From: an uncultured Gemmatimonadota bacterium
GTDB taxonomy: Bacteria > JAAXHH01
Direction of reading: 5' to 3'
DNA length: 64,000 nt
Assembly (NCBI GenBank): GCA_951812955.1
Contig: OX638340.1
Span: forward strand, 3,488,001 to 3,552,000
Part shown: positions 24,102 through 32,970 of the stretch, one piece after another
Layout of the letters: each line of letters opens with the position of its first letter
How positions within the stretch are numbered: position 1 is the stretch's first letter
Made by a program: the position numbers and the translations under genes
Notes under the pieces: generated by a model
Seen by the model: only the letters and a program-made list of their open reading frames with translations
Databases searched by the model: none
What the model was told of the DNA's origin: nothing

Positions 24102-25250
24102 ATGATCAGACCGGGTAACAGGCTGCTGGTTTGGTTTCTGGTCTGCAGCTTCGTGTTTTTCGTTGTGGCAGTGATCGTGGAGGAGTTCGCGTTGTTCGAT
24201 TCCGAAGAGGAAATGCAGCGTGACGACGCATCTGGAGGCGTTTTTCAGCAAGAGGGCGCCGCGGATGGTCCGGTATCTGCAACCGCTTCGCGGATGGCGC
24301 GCGGTGACCATCCCGCGCTGACGAGCCGGCAATTGCGGCTGGTGTCGACGACGTGGCCGCCTTTCATCGACGCGCCTGGTAAACCACGGTTCGCCCTCGA
24401 ACTGGTCGACGCGGCCCTGGAACGCATGGGAATCGGCGCCCAGGCGATCGTTCTGGACGAGGGCGAGTTGTCGTCCGCGTTGCTGAACGGGGCGTTCGAC
24501 GGAAGCGCGGCGGTCTGGAAGGACGAAGCGCGCGAGGGTTCGATGCTTTACTCAAAGCCGTATCTCGAGAACCGATTGATACTCGTCGGCCGAGGAGGCA
24601 GTGACGTGTCCGCCACCTCGCTGTCCGGACTCGCAGGAATCAGGATCGCCCTGGCCGACGGGCACGCGTACGCCGAAATGGCAGAACAAACAGACGGGCC
24701 GGTTTTCATCCGCTCGGACAGCGATGAGGACAGCGTCGCCAAACTGCTCGACGGCGAGGTGGATTACGCGCTGATGGATGACCTGGTCGTCCAGTACCTC
24801 ATCAGCAAACACGGAGAAGAAGCGCGATCTCGGCTGGTGTTCGGTACGGCGCCTCTGCTCAACCGTTCGCTTCACCTCGCCGTCCGCCGGTCGCTTCCTG
24901 ACGCCGATTCGATCATCTCGCGATTCGACGCCGAGGTGCGTGCCATGATGGCCGACCGGACCTATCACCGCCTGCTCCTGCTCGACTGGATTCGAACGGA
25001 CGTCGATGGCGACGGTCTCGTGGAGAACCTGCCGCACGCTAATCGGACCGGTCCGGATCCGCCGGAGCACATCTACGAACTCTTCCTTTCGGGCGGTCCC
25101 TCCATGGAACCGGGTATGGCGCAGCGATTCTACCTGGACGGAGATATCTACGAAGATTGGTCGGCCGTGCCAGTACAGTACAAGACCTTGGACTCCGGCG
25201 GACCCGACCCCGATCCACGCACCGTCAACACATTCAGCTTCGTGTGGTAG
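24102..25250 (+). CDS. Membrane-anchored periplasmic solute-binding-like protein (SBP_bac_3-like) with a C-terminal extension
   Basis: GAGGAG SD and N-terminal TM LLVWFLVCSFVFFVVAVIV. The core LRLVSTTWPPFID...ALELVDAALERMGI...LLNGAFDGSAAVWKDEAREGSMLYSKPYLENRLILVGR...LLDGEVDYALMDD fits the family-3 binding-protein pattern. Confidence 0.6.
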   Translation: MIRPGNRLLVWFLVCSFVFFVVAVIVEEFALFDSEEEMQRDDASGGVFQQEGAADGPVSATASRMARGDHPALTSRQLRLVSTTWPPFIDAPGKPRFALELVDAALERMGIGAQAIVLDEGELSSALLNGAFDGSAAVWKDEAREGSMLYSKPYLENRLILVGRGGSDVSATSLSGLAGIRIALADGHAYAEMAEQTDGPVFIRSDSDEDSVAKLLDGEVDYALMDDLVVQYLISKHGEEARSRLVFGTAPLLNRSLHLAVRRSLPDADSIISRFDAEVRAMMADRTYHRLLLLDWIRTDVDGDGLVENLPHANRTGPDPPEHIYELFLSGGPSMEPGMAQRFYLDGDIYEDWSAVPVQYKTLDSGGPDPDPRTVNTFSFVW

Positions 25251-25296
25251 GCATGTGGATTCACCGCGCCCGCATCGCACGATTCCGAGGTGAATT

Positions 25297-26220
25297 ATGA
25301 AAGGAACTTCCCTGCTCGACCATATAATTGTGCGGCTCGTGGTCCACTATTTCGCTACATTCCTGTTTTTCGGGGGCCTGTTGGAGCTGCTGCCGGGGGT
25401 CTTTCTCGAACTGCAAGTGGCCGAGCGAATCGAGTCGAGCTCGCTCTCAGCCATGAATTTCGAACAAGCCGAGCCCGATACGGGACTGACCCAGGTGTTT
25501 ATACCAGTGACGATGTCGTTGTTGTTCTCCTTTCTTTTTACCCTGCCGGTGGTCTGGGTCTATCGCTGGACGCGGACCCGCAAGAAATACGACCAGGCCT
25601 TTGCCCAGACCCTCCTCGTCGTCCCCATTGCCATCGCGCTCGTCGTATTTCTCGTTAAGGACAGCATCGCCCTCGCCTTCAGTATCGCGGGCATAGTCGC
25701 CGCGGTACGCTTCCGCACGTCGTTGAACGAAACCATGGACGCCATCTATATGTTCATCGTAATCGGCATCGGGTTGGCCGCCGGGATCCAATACGGTTCA
25801 GTGGCCGTCCTGGCATCGGTGACTTTCAATGCCGTTGTGCTTGTCGTCTGGCGCATGAACTGGGGCGCGGAGCCCGTGGTCCTGGACGGATTCAGGCTGG
25901 TGCATTCGGACAATGGGCGTTCGATGATTGGTGCCGGCGATCCACGGACGGATAAGAAACCCAAGCCCTTTAACGCGAGGCTCAGGGTATTCACTTCGCG
26001 CGTCGGTTCGGCACAGCATGCCACCGAAGCAAACCTGCCGACCTATGCATCACGCTGGCAGCTCGCGCGAGTCGTGGAACGGGAAGGCGACGCTTCGATT
26101 GTGGAATTTGACGTTCGGCTCAAGAAAAAGGCGGATCCGGATGCCTTTACCGCGGCACTTGAAAGCATCACCATGGGACATATCCAGAAAGTGGAACTGG
26201 AAGAGCTACCCAGGTCCTGA
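25297..26220 (+). CDS. DUF4956-family membrane protein with a C-terminal soluble extension
   Basis: GAGGTG SD. Hallmark DUF4956-like stretch VVWVYRWTR...AFSIAGIVAAVRFRTSLNETMDAIYMFIVIGIGLAAGI with flanking TM helices. Confidence 0.75.
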   Translation: MKGTSLLDHIIVRLVVHYFATFLFFGGLLELLPGVFLELQVAERIESSSLSAMNFEQAEPDTGLTQVFIPVTMSLLFSFLFTLPVVWVYRWTRTRKKYDQAFAQTLLVVPIAIALVVFLVKDSIALAFSIAGIVAAVRFRTSLNETMDAIYMFIVIGIGLAAGIQYGSVAVLASVTFNAVVLVVWRMNWGAEPVVLDGFRLVHSDNGRSMIGAGDPRTDKKPKPFNARLRVFTSRVGSAQHATEANLPTYASRWQLARVVEREGDASIVEFDVRLKKKADPDAFTAALESITMGHIQKVELEELPRS

Positions 26221-26308
26221 GGAGATGCTGATTTTGAGCGCCGGAGATGCTGATTTTGAGCGCGGGAGATTTGGCCTATGAACGCCGGAGATATGGTCTA
26301 TGAGCGCC
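26221..26308 (+). repeat. 22-bp tandem repeat x4 spanning the intergenic spacer, SD and start codon of the next gene
   Basis: ggagatgctgattttgagcgcc / ggagatgctgattttgagcgcg / ggagatttggcctatgaacgcc / ggagatatggtctatgagcgcc. The ATG at 26300 lies in copy 4. Copy 3 carries an out-of-frame ATG at 26278. Confidence 0.9.
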
Positions 26309-27445
26309 ACGGGTAACAGACTGCTGTTGTCGTTTCTGATCTTCAGCATGTTGTTTTTTGCTGTGGCGCTGCTTGTGCGGAATGATCCGGAGCCTGATTC
26401 AGGAGTGGAAGAGCGCCAGGACGCACATCAGGACGTAGGTCAGGACGTGCGTCAGGTATCATCAGTCGTTGAGCCTGCGACGCAGGTCGCTGCCGTCGAT
26501 CCGCGGATTGGCGCCGAAGCCGGCTCCGTGATCCCTTCAGCGATTGATTCCGAAGCCGGCTCCGTGATCCCTTCCGCGATTGACTCCGAGGCCGAAGCCA
26601 CGGCCACGTCGGCATCCGCATACGCTTCCTCGACGGTGCGTAGGGACCGTCCCGTGGACCATTCTATCCTCGGAAGCTTCGATTTCGAAGAGCCGGCTAG
26701 ACATTTTAAGCTGCCGAAGCGGATACGGGAGATTTCCGGTCTGGCCATGCTCGCGGGGGATCGGCTTCTGGCCCACGACGACGAAAAAGGCGTGGTAGTA
26801 GAAATCGATCATCGCGACGGTTCGATCGTAAAGGATTTCAAACTCGGCGGTCCGCGTGGCCTGGTCGCCGACGACCTCGAAGGCATCGCCGCCGCCGATG
26901 GCAGCCTGTACCTTGTCTCGAGTTCGGGCCGGCTGTACGAGTTCGGCGAAGGCGCCGACGGAGCGACCGTTTTCTACAATCGGTACGAGACTGGCATTGG
27001 CCGATTTTACGAAATCGAGGGACTTGCATACGATCCGGATCAGCGTATGCTGTTGCTCGTCAGCAAGAACCCGAAAAACTCCGGGCAGGCGGACTTGATC
27101 GCGCTATACCGCTGGTCGCTTGATACCCGTCGGCTCGTCGAAGACGGACATACCTTCATTGAGACCTCCGCGCTCGCGCACCGTATCGGCCGCAAGAAGT
27201 TTCAGCCTTCCGGCATCGAACGGCATCCGGTATCGGGAAACTACATTGTCGTAGCGGCCCGCCAGCGCGCCGTTGCCGAGATTACCCCCCAGGGAACGGT
27301 CCTTGCCGTACGTGAGCTGAAGGCCGGCCGGCATCGGCAGGCCGAGGGCATCTCATTTGCTTCCGATCATACCATGGTCATAGCGGATGAAGGGGCGGGG
27401 AAGCGCGCGACCCTGAGTTTCTACCCCGTAGTAAAGGAAAGATAA
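26300..27445 (+). CDS. Secreted/anchored beta-propeller protein, SdiA-regulated (YjiK-like) family suspected
   Basis: N-terminal TM LLLSFLIFSMLFFAVALLV. In-frame 36-nt duplication (EAGSVIPSAIDS x2). The core ISGLAMLAGDRLLAHDDEKGVVVEIDHRDGSIVKDFKL...DLEGIAAADGSLYLVSSSGRLYEF resembles PF06977-type repeats. Confidence 0.5.
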   Translation: MSATGNRLLLSFLIFSMLFFAVALLVRNDPEPDSGVEERQDAHQDVGQDVRQVSSVVEPATQVAAVDPRIGAEAGSVIPSAIDSEAGSVIPSAIDSEAEATATSASAYASSTVRRDRPVDHSILGSFDFEEPARHFKLPKRIREISGLAMLAGDRLLAHDDEKGVVVEIDHRDGSIVKDFKLGGPRGLVADDLEGIAAADGSLYLVSSSGRLYEFGEGADGATVFYNRYETGIGRFYEIEGLAYDPDQRMLLLVSKNPKNSGQADLIALYRWSLDTRRLVEDGHTFIETSALAHRIGRKKFQPSGIERHPVSGNYIVVAARQRAVAEITPQGTVLAVRELKAGRHRQAEGISFASDHTMVIADEGAGKRATLSFYPVVKER

Positions 27446-28756
27446 TTGCGAGTTTCGGAAGGCGCGCGGCAGGATATTCGTCCGTCGATCGGGATTCCGC
27501 GGCTGTGCCGGCGTCGTACCGTAATACGAGAAAACAGTCCGGTCCGGCTGCAGGTCTCACGGCGCGTACCGGGATCGTGGCTCGTGCCGGGATCGTGGTT
27601 CTTGCCGGGATCGTGGTTCTTGCCGCTCGTTGTGCTGGCCGTGGTCCTTGCGGGTTGCCGGTCAGGTCGGCTGCTGGGGGAAAACTACGACGCCAGCGGG
27701 GACCCGTTTATCCTCAGGGCCGCCTCCGCGGAAGCCATAGCCGTTGGTCCGGCCGACACGTCCGGTGTCGCATATCGCGTCATCCTGGTCGGCGACACAG
27801 GGGAACCTGTCGAGGAGGATCCCACCCTTGCCGCGATCGGACGCTGGGCGGTTCCGCGCGACCGTGCCGCCGTCGTGTTGCTGGGCGACAATATCTATCC
27901 GTCGGGGCTGGAAGCACATGACAGGGTATGGGGCGAATCCATACTGAGGCAGCAACTCGAGACTACCTCGGCGCTTAGGGTTTTCGTGCCGGGCAATCAC
28001 GATTGGGGTTCCTCTCCGGGAGACTGGTCGGAAGATCGCGTCATTGCGCAACAAGAATTCGTACTGGCCTGGTCCGAGGGCGAAGTGGCCTTTCTACCCC
28101 GCGACGGATGTGCAGGTCCGGCGGTACGCGAACTGCTCCGTCCCGGGGACGGGATGGAACGGGGGATCGCGGTCGTCGCCATCGACTGGATGCCATGGTT
28201 TACTACGGCCGCGGACACGAGCGGATGCCCGCCGGGGGATTTCGGGAAACGGATAGACGACGCCTTCGCGGCGCTGACGAATCATTTCGTAATCGTGGCG
28301 AGTCATTACCCGCTACGATCGGGTGGCGCCCACGCCGGATTGGGCCGCGGACTGCTCATCGACACCCTCGTTAACATTTATCACCTGGTGCGGCCACGAT
28401 CGATCCTCAGGCTGTACCATCCGCGGTATGCGGAATTGGCAAGGCAGGTGAAAGACGCGCTCGAAAGACATCGTCCTCTCGTCTATGCCGCGGGCCACGA
28501 TCACAACTTGCAACTTTTCGAAGGGGATGAAACCGCCCTGATGCACGTCGTGAGCGGATCGGGATCCGCCGGGAAAGTGGAACGTGTGACCGCCGTGCCC
28601 GGGACGATTTTCGCGCACGCGGTTTCCGGATTCGTAGTGCTCGATTTCGTCACCCGCAACGGGATCGGCACCCCCGTAGTACGCGTCGTAAGAACGGAGC
28701 GGGAAACGCCCGTGTTCCAGATGCGCGTTCCGCTGCAGGACGACCGGGACCGGTAA
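27446..28756 (+). CDS. Calcineurin-like metallophosphoesterase, probable lipoprotein
   Basis: Motifs ILVGDTGEP, VVLLGDNIYPSGL, VPGNHDW, ASHYPLRSGGAHA and AAGHDHNLQLF. Lipobox LAVVLAGCRSG. The start is uncertain: TTG at 27446 directly after the previous stop, with alternative GTG/TTG codons inside the PGSW(L/F)(V/L) x3 repeat. Confidence 0.8.
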   Translation: MRVSEGARQDIRPSIGIPRLCRRRTVIRENSPVRLQVSRRVPGSWLVPGSWFLPGSWFLPLVVLAVVLAGCRSGRLLGENYDASGDPFILRAASAEAIAVGPADTSGVAYRVILVGDTGEPVEEDPTLAAIGRWAVPRDRAAVVLLGDNIYPSGLEAHDRVWGESILRQQLETTSALRVFVPGNHDWGSSPGDWSEDRVIAQQEFVLAWSEGEVAFLPRDGCAGPAVRELLRPGDGMERGIAVVAIDWMPWFTTAADTSGCPPGDFGKRIDDAFAALTNHFVIVASHYPLRSGGAHAGLGRGLLIDTLVNIYHLVRPRSILRLYHPRYAELARQVKDALERHRPLVYAAGHDHNLQLFEGDETALMHVVSGSGSAGKVERVTAVPGTIFAHAVSGFVVLDFVTRNGIGTPVVRVVRTERETPVFQMRVPLQDDRDR

Positions 28757-28829
28757 CCTGCCCATCCTTGTACGCCGCAACCACTGCTATCATGTGACGA
28801 AGCCCGTTGGGCAGACCACCCGCCCGCAT

Positions 28830-31580
28830 CTAGAACATGAACCCGACGAACAGATACTGGCCGATCTTGTCCTTGCCTTGCATCATCGCCACGCTCAACG
28901 TCGCACGCCGCTCGGCAAAGGAAACCCAGAGCCCGCCGCCCCTGGCGAAATGCCAGTCATCGGCCTCCCGGGGGTCGTCCGCAAAGAATACCCGTCCCGC
29001 GTCGACGGCGGCGAACACGCCGAGTTCACCGGGAACCAGGAACTTGATTCGAGTCAGCCGAAACCGGAACTCGCCGTTCCCGAATACCGCGGAATCCCCC
29101 GCAAATCGATACTTGAGGAATCCCCGCAGGTTGCCGGATCCCCCAATCGCGGCCGCTTCGTGGAAAGGGTACGCTCCAAGGACGGTTATGCCGCCCACGC
29201 GCAGGGCGAGGGTGGGGGAAGCGGGTACGTCAACTGACAGGTAGGTGGACGCCTCGCCGGCAACGTGGCCGAATACCGACTCCACGTCCCAAAGCGCAGG
29301 GTAGAGTTCGCCCGCGAGCCTTAACCGTACGCCCCGCATTGCATGGCCCGGATTGTCGCGGGTATCAAAATCGAGTTCTCCACGAACGCCGATCTGCCCG
29401 AAGCTTCCCGTCCCGTACAGTGGTGTTTCATAGGTGTTGATAAATTTGCCCTCGTTATTGTCCAACAAGGAGTTGGTTATCTTGACGATCGGTCCCCCCG
29501 CCAGATTCCACTTCCCATGAGTCGCCACGGAACCGGAGAAGGATAGCGCGGGCGCGAGAAAAAACTGCGCCTGATCCATCTCGTAGAACGGTTCGTCCTG
29601 CGCGAGGTCCACACCGTTGCCGAAGCCGTTGAAGCGAACCATGTTGATGCCGGAGTATCCCATGTCCAACTGACCGTCCAGGTTACGCAGCAAATGGCGG
29701 AACGTACCGGAATAGGAAACGAAGGGCTTTACTCCTCCCCGGGAGGCGATTCCGATGTCAATAGCATGCCGCGAGGCATACGGATCCTTTCGATAGCCAT
29801 AGTTTAACCGGTTGTAGCGCAGCCCCGTGTAAATCCCGGTATCAGAGGTATAGTTGACGATCGGCTTCGTGCCCGATACGGAGCCCCAGTCGAGTTTGTA
29901 CACGTCCTGCGAAATCGCGCTCTCGTTTCTTGGACGCCTGTACCGGCGCTCGTTGATATGCGCCCTGTTATCGTCGAAGCGGTTCTGCCCGCGCGCGTCG
30001 TAAAACCGCGTCATCCGCCGTCCGGACCGGGACCGGTTCGCGTAGGTGTCGTCACCGCCTCCACCGTCCACGTGAATCCTGATCCCGGCCCGCTCTCCGA
30101 TGACGGCGATCCGATCGTCCCCTCCATGCATGTAGATCCTGACTTCCTTTGTCTCGCGGGGATACAGGATACGGTGGAAGTAGGGGGCATTCTCCGTACC
30201 GGCCAGGCTGATACGAACTTCGAGCGCGCCGTCCTCCCGGTGTTCCAACTCGAGGTGTTCGTCCTCGTCCGTTCCCCTGATCTCGACCTTCCTGCTGATC
30301 AAGCCGTAGTACCGCGCCGCGAACTCGCCGAGTCGATCCCGGCGTACCTTCAACGTCCGGGTAAGGAAGTCCCCCACCTGCCGGTAGTACGGGTCCGGTA
30401 GCCGCCGGACGGCATCCTCGATCACCGGGTTCGACAATTCGGACTGGACCGTGGCGACCACCGCGTCCCACGCGCTCCACTCCAGTTCCGCCAGCAGCCT
30501 GCGGTCCAGTTCCCAGCCCGTGCGGGAGAGTCCCAGATGGTTTGGAAACTTCACCTGAAAGCGGACGAACTTGGGTTCGATACGGCGCACCAGTTTCATC
30601 AATTGGCCATCCAGATCGATAAACGCCTTGTCTCTGTCTTCGGGGACGGGCAACCACGTGTAGCAGTCCCCGACCGGAAACTGCGCCCAGCGCCATTGTC
30701 CCCGGTGCCGGTCCGAATCGCCGATGAGAAAATCGATGAGCCGCGCCTTGAGATAGGCCCGCGCGTCCACGCTTTCGCAGGGCGTCTCCTCGAGGCGTTC
30801 GTACAGTCTCTCCGAGCCGCTCACCCTGCGGGACCCGGCAAACCCCGGCTCGTTACCGGCGGCCTCGGACGGATGTTCCTGCAGGGTACCTATCAGTCCG
30901 GCATATTCCTCGCGAAACGATCCCAGCCTGGGATCATCGGGTATCACCAATAGCTTGTGCGGCGCGTGCAGAATGCCCGTTGCCTCCATCAGAGCATCCA
31001 CCACAAGGCCCGCCGCCGGCAGATGGGCGCTCACGAGATCCTGGATCACGTCCTCGACGACGGTGTCCTTGAGCTCCTCCAACAGCCGCTTGGACGGATC
31101 CTTGTCGATGGAGCGCACCGTGTAACGGCGGCCGTCATTGCCAATAAAGTGCAATGAAATGGACTGGCCGGCGCCGCCCGGCCGCATGGGCGACAATCCG
31201 CCGCCAACTTCATCGAGATCGAGGACCGGAAGCTCGACCGGTGTCGTCCAAAGCTGCCGGTAGTTTTTGCCATAAACCCACTGTCCGTAACTACTTGCCC
31301 TGAATCTTCCTCCCGGTACGGCCGTATGCGTCGAGTCGCCCATCTCGGGGATTGAACGGTGAATCAACTGACCAGCCCGGTTCGCCTCGCTTGCTTGGCC
31401 TTCTTGACCTGCCTGGCCTGGCTGATCTGCTTGATCTGTCTGGCCTGTCTGACCTGCCTGCCCTTCCTGGCCTGCCTGCGCCGCTGCCGAATCAGTACCC
31501 GCAAAAGACAGAACGATTACAGGGAGAGCAATGATCCACCAAAACTTGCAGGGATGGAACAAGCGCACGTTGAGGTTCAT
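28830..31580 (-). CDS. Omp85/BamA-TamA-family outer-membrane protein with an atypical N-terminal region
   Basis: ATG at 31580 after AGGAGA. Signal MNLNVRLFHPCKFWWIIALPVIVLSFAGTDSAAAQ, then a GQ-rich low-complexity tract (AGQEGQAGQTGQTDQADQPGQAGQEGQ). The C-terminal ~350 aa are beta-barrel-like and end ...YLFVGFMF (aromatic terminus). Confidence 0.7.
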   Translation of the reverse strand: MNLNVRLFHPCKFWWIIALPVIVLSFAGTDSAAAQAGQEGQAGQTGQTDQADQPGQAGQEGQASEANRAGQLIHRSIPEMGDSTHTAVPGGRFRASSYGQWVYGKNYRQLWTTPVELPVLDLDEVGGGLSPMRPGGAGQSISLHFIGNDGRRYTVRSIDKDPSKRLLEELKDTVVEDVIQDLVSAHLPAAGLVVDALMEATGILHAPHKLLVIPDDPRLGSFREEYAGLIGTLQEHPSEAAGNEPGFAGSRRVSGSERLYERLEETPCESVDARAYLKARLIDFLIGDSDRHRGQWRWAQFPVGDCYTWLPVPEDRDKAFIDLDGQLMKLVRRIEPKFVRFQVKFPNHLGLSRTGWELDRRLLAELEWSAWDAVVATVQSELSNPVIEDAVRRLPDPYYRQVGDFLTRTLKVRRDRLGEFAARYYGLISRKVEIRGTDEDEHLELEHREDGALEVRISLAGTENAPYFHRILYPRETKEVRIYMHGGDDRIAVIGERAGIRIHVDGGGGDDTYANRSRSGRRMTRFYDARGQNRFDDNRAHINERRYRRPRNESAISQDVYKLDWGSVSGTKPIVNYTSDTGIYTGLRYNRLNYGYRKDPYASRHAIDIGIASRGGVKPFVSYSGTFRHLLRNLDGQLDMGYSGINMVRFNGFGNGVDLAQDEPFYEMDQAQFFLAPALSFSGSVATHGKWNLAGGPIVKITNSLLDNNEGKFINTYETPLYGTGSFGQIGVRGELDFDTRDNPGHAMRGVRLRLAGELYPALWDVESVFGHVAGEASTYLSVDVPASPTLALRVGGITVLGAYPFHEAAAIGGSGNLRGFLKYRFAGDSAVFGNGEFRFRLTRIKFLVPGELGVFAAVDAGRVFFADDPREADDWHFARGGGLWVSFAERRATLSVAMMQGKDKIGQYLFVGFMF

Positions 31581-31811
31581 TTCAGTCTCCTGGTCTATAC
31601 CTTCAAATAGGCTGGATCCAGTTAACATGAATGATCTATGATTCTTGTAGCGTTACGTCCTTACAGTAGTTTAACGTCGACAGGCAACACAGGGAAGTGT
31701 TACTTACAAGCGTACCACAAACACAACATTTTATGAAGACCGGATGAGGTTTGTCGCGCCGATGAGCGGTCTCATGCCCACCTGGCCGCAGGATACGGTG
31801 AAACTTGACCG

Positions 31812-31834
31812 GGCGTCGCAGACGCCTTTTCTTT
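31812..31834 (+). terminator. Weak terminator/attenuator-like hairpin upstream of the RidA-like gene
   Basis: ggcgtc-gca-gacgcc followed by ttttcttt. Only a 6-bp stem, and no upstream plus-strand gene is evident. Confidence 0.2.
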
Positions 31835-31909
31835 GAATACACACCGTTTTCGAACCATCCCGGTGATTTCATGGACAGTCACCGCCAACACCAACACCTG
31901 GAGCGAAAG

Positions 31910-32524
31910 ATGATCGGAAAACTACGCCATGTCGTTTCGCAGTTGATGATGACCTCCATGCCGATACGTATGATCTCCGTGCCACTGCTGCTAACCGGGT
32001 TTATGATGTGGTCGGTTGTTGGCTGCGCGGAGACTGCGCAGGACGCATCGTCGGATCCGCAGGAGGCTCCTCAGCCGCCCGCGATGTCCGCGGTGCCGGA
32101 TGTGCCTGAGGCGGCATCGCCACCGGCCATGCCTTCGCACGAGCCGGTCTACCTCACCTCGGAGGCCACGGAGAGCATGAACCTGCCCTTTTCGGATGCC
32201 GTGCGCACGGGGCACCTGCTGTTCCTCTCCGGCCAGATCGGAATGGTACCCGAAACGAAGGAACTGGCGCCGGGGGGCATACAGGCAGAGGCCCGTCAGA
32301 CCATGGAAAACATAAAGACGGTGCTCGAGGCCAACGGATCCTCCATGGACCGGGTGATCAAGGCGACGGTCATGCTCGCGGACATCTCCGAGTGGCCGGC
32401 ATTCAACGAGGTGTACGTCACGTACTTTCCCGGCCACAAGCCGGCCCGCAGCGCCTTCGCCGGCAGCGGACTGGCCTTCGGCGCGCGGTGCGAAGTCGAG
32501 GTGATCGCCACGGTGGGAGAGTAG
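31910..32524 (+). CDS. RidA/YjgF-family protein with an N-terminal export (lipoprotein-like) signal
   Basis: ATG at 31910 after GGAG. ISVPLLLTGFMMWSVVGCAE is lipobox-like. The core DAVRTGHLLFLSGQIG...GGIQAEARQTMENIKTVLEANGSSMDRVIKATVMLADI...FNEVY..YF....PARSAF is classic RidA. In-frame starts at 31805 and 31871 are also possible. Confidence 0.8.
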   Translation: MIGKLRHVVSQLMMTSMPIRMISVPLLLTGFMMWSVVGCAETAQDASSDPQEAPQPPAMSAVPDVPEAASPPAMPSHEPVYLTSEATESMNLPFSDAVRTGHLLFLSGQIGMVPETKELAPGGIQAEARQTMENIKTVLEANGSSMDRVIKATVMLADISEWPAFNEVYVTYFPGHKPARSAFAGSGLAFGARCEVEVIATVGE

Positions 32525-32525
32525 G

Positions 32526-32555
32526 AAAGATCAATAGCCATGGCCAAAGGAAAGT
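32526..32555 (+). repeat. Left copy of a perfect 30-bp direct repeat
   Basis: aaagatcaatagccatggccaaaggaaagt, identical to 32941-32970. It contains an orphan copy of the ykgJ-like start (ATGGCCAAAGGAAAG) that reads into a 15-codon ORF. Confidence 0.95.
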
Positions 32556-32715
32556 GTGGATGTTTGCCACCTCTCTGTGATTATTGATTCAGTTAAATGA
32601 TCGTTGAGTGATTCGAGAAAACCACCAATGCGCCGACTAATCATAAACACACATCACTCGTTTCCGGATGGCAATTGGCTAAGCCATATCCAATCTCATC
32701 ACCGGGCTCGGCGAA

Positions 32716-32952
32716 TTGGAACTGATCGAATTCCTATCATCGTTTTTAAATATCGTGAAAGATGCCGTTCAGGCTGGAAAGGCGGTGTATGATATGTCAA
32801 AATCAGGAAAGAAATCCGCACCCAACGAATCGGAACTCGACCGGGAATACAAGTCACTGATGGACGACCATAGGCGGGTACTGCGCAAGATCGAACGCAT
32901 CGTCGACGCGAAGGCGAAAGAGCAAGGTATCTCTTTCAATAAAGATCAATAG
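32716..32952 (+). CDS. Small ORF (78 aa from TTG, or 52 aa from an internal ATG) inside the low-GC insertion. May be non-coding relic sequence
   Basis: Open frame only, with no convincing SD. The N-terminal part (LELIEFLSSFLNIVKD) could be a decayed IS1595-like transposase tail. Confidence 0.25.
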   Translation: MELIEFLSSFLNIVKDAVQAGKAVYDMSKSGKKSAPNESELDREYKSLMDDHRRVLRKIERIVDAKAKEQGISFNKDQ

Positions 32953-32970
32953 CCATGGCCAAAGGAAAGT
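32941..32970 (+). repeat. Right copy of the perfect 30-bp direct repeat
   Basis: aaagatcaatagccatggccaaaggaaagt. It contains the functional start of 32955-33419. Confidence 0.95.

Noticed and set aside
27505-27921. Alternative-frame ORF (138 aa) with a hydrophobic repeat GIVVLAGIVVLAA overlapping the phosphoesterase start.
   Set aside because: The metallophosphoesterase motifs are all in the other frame. This ORF is the off-frame reading of the 18-nt repeat and Arg-rich thereafter.
31352-31534. Periodic cctggcc/tgcctg sequence considered as a non-coding repeat.
   Set aside because: It is the coding sequence, on the minus strand, of the GQ-rich low-complexity tract at the N-terminus of the Omp85-like protein.
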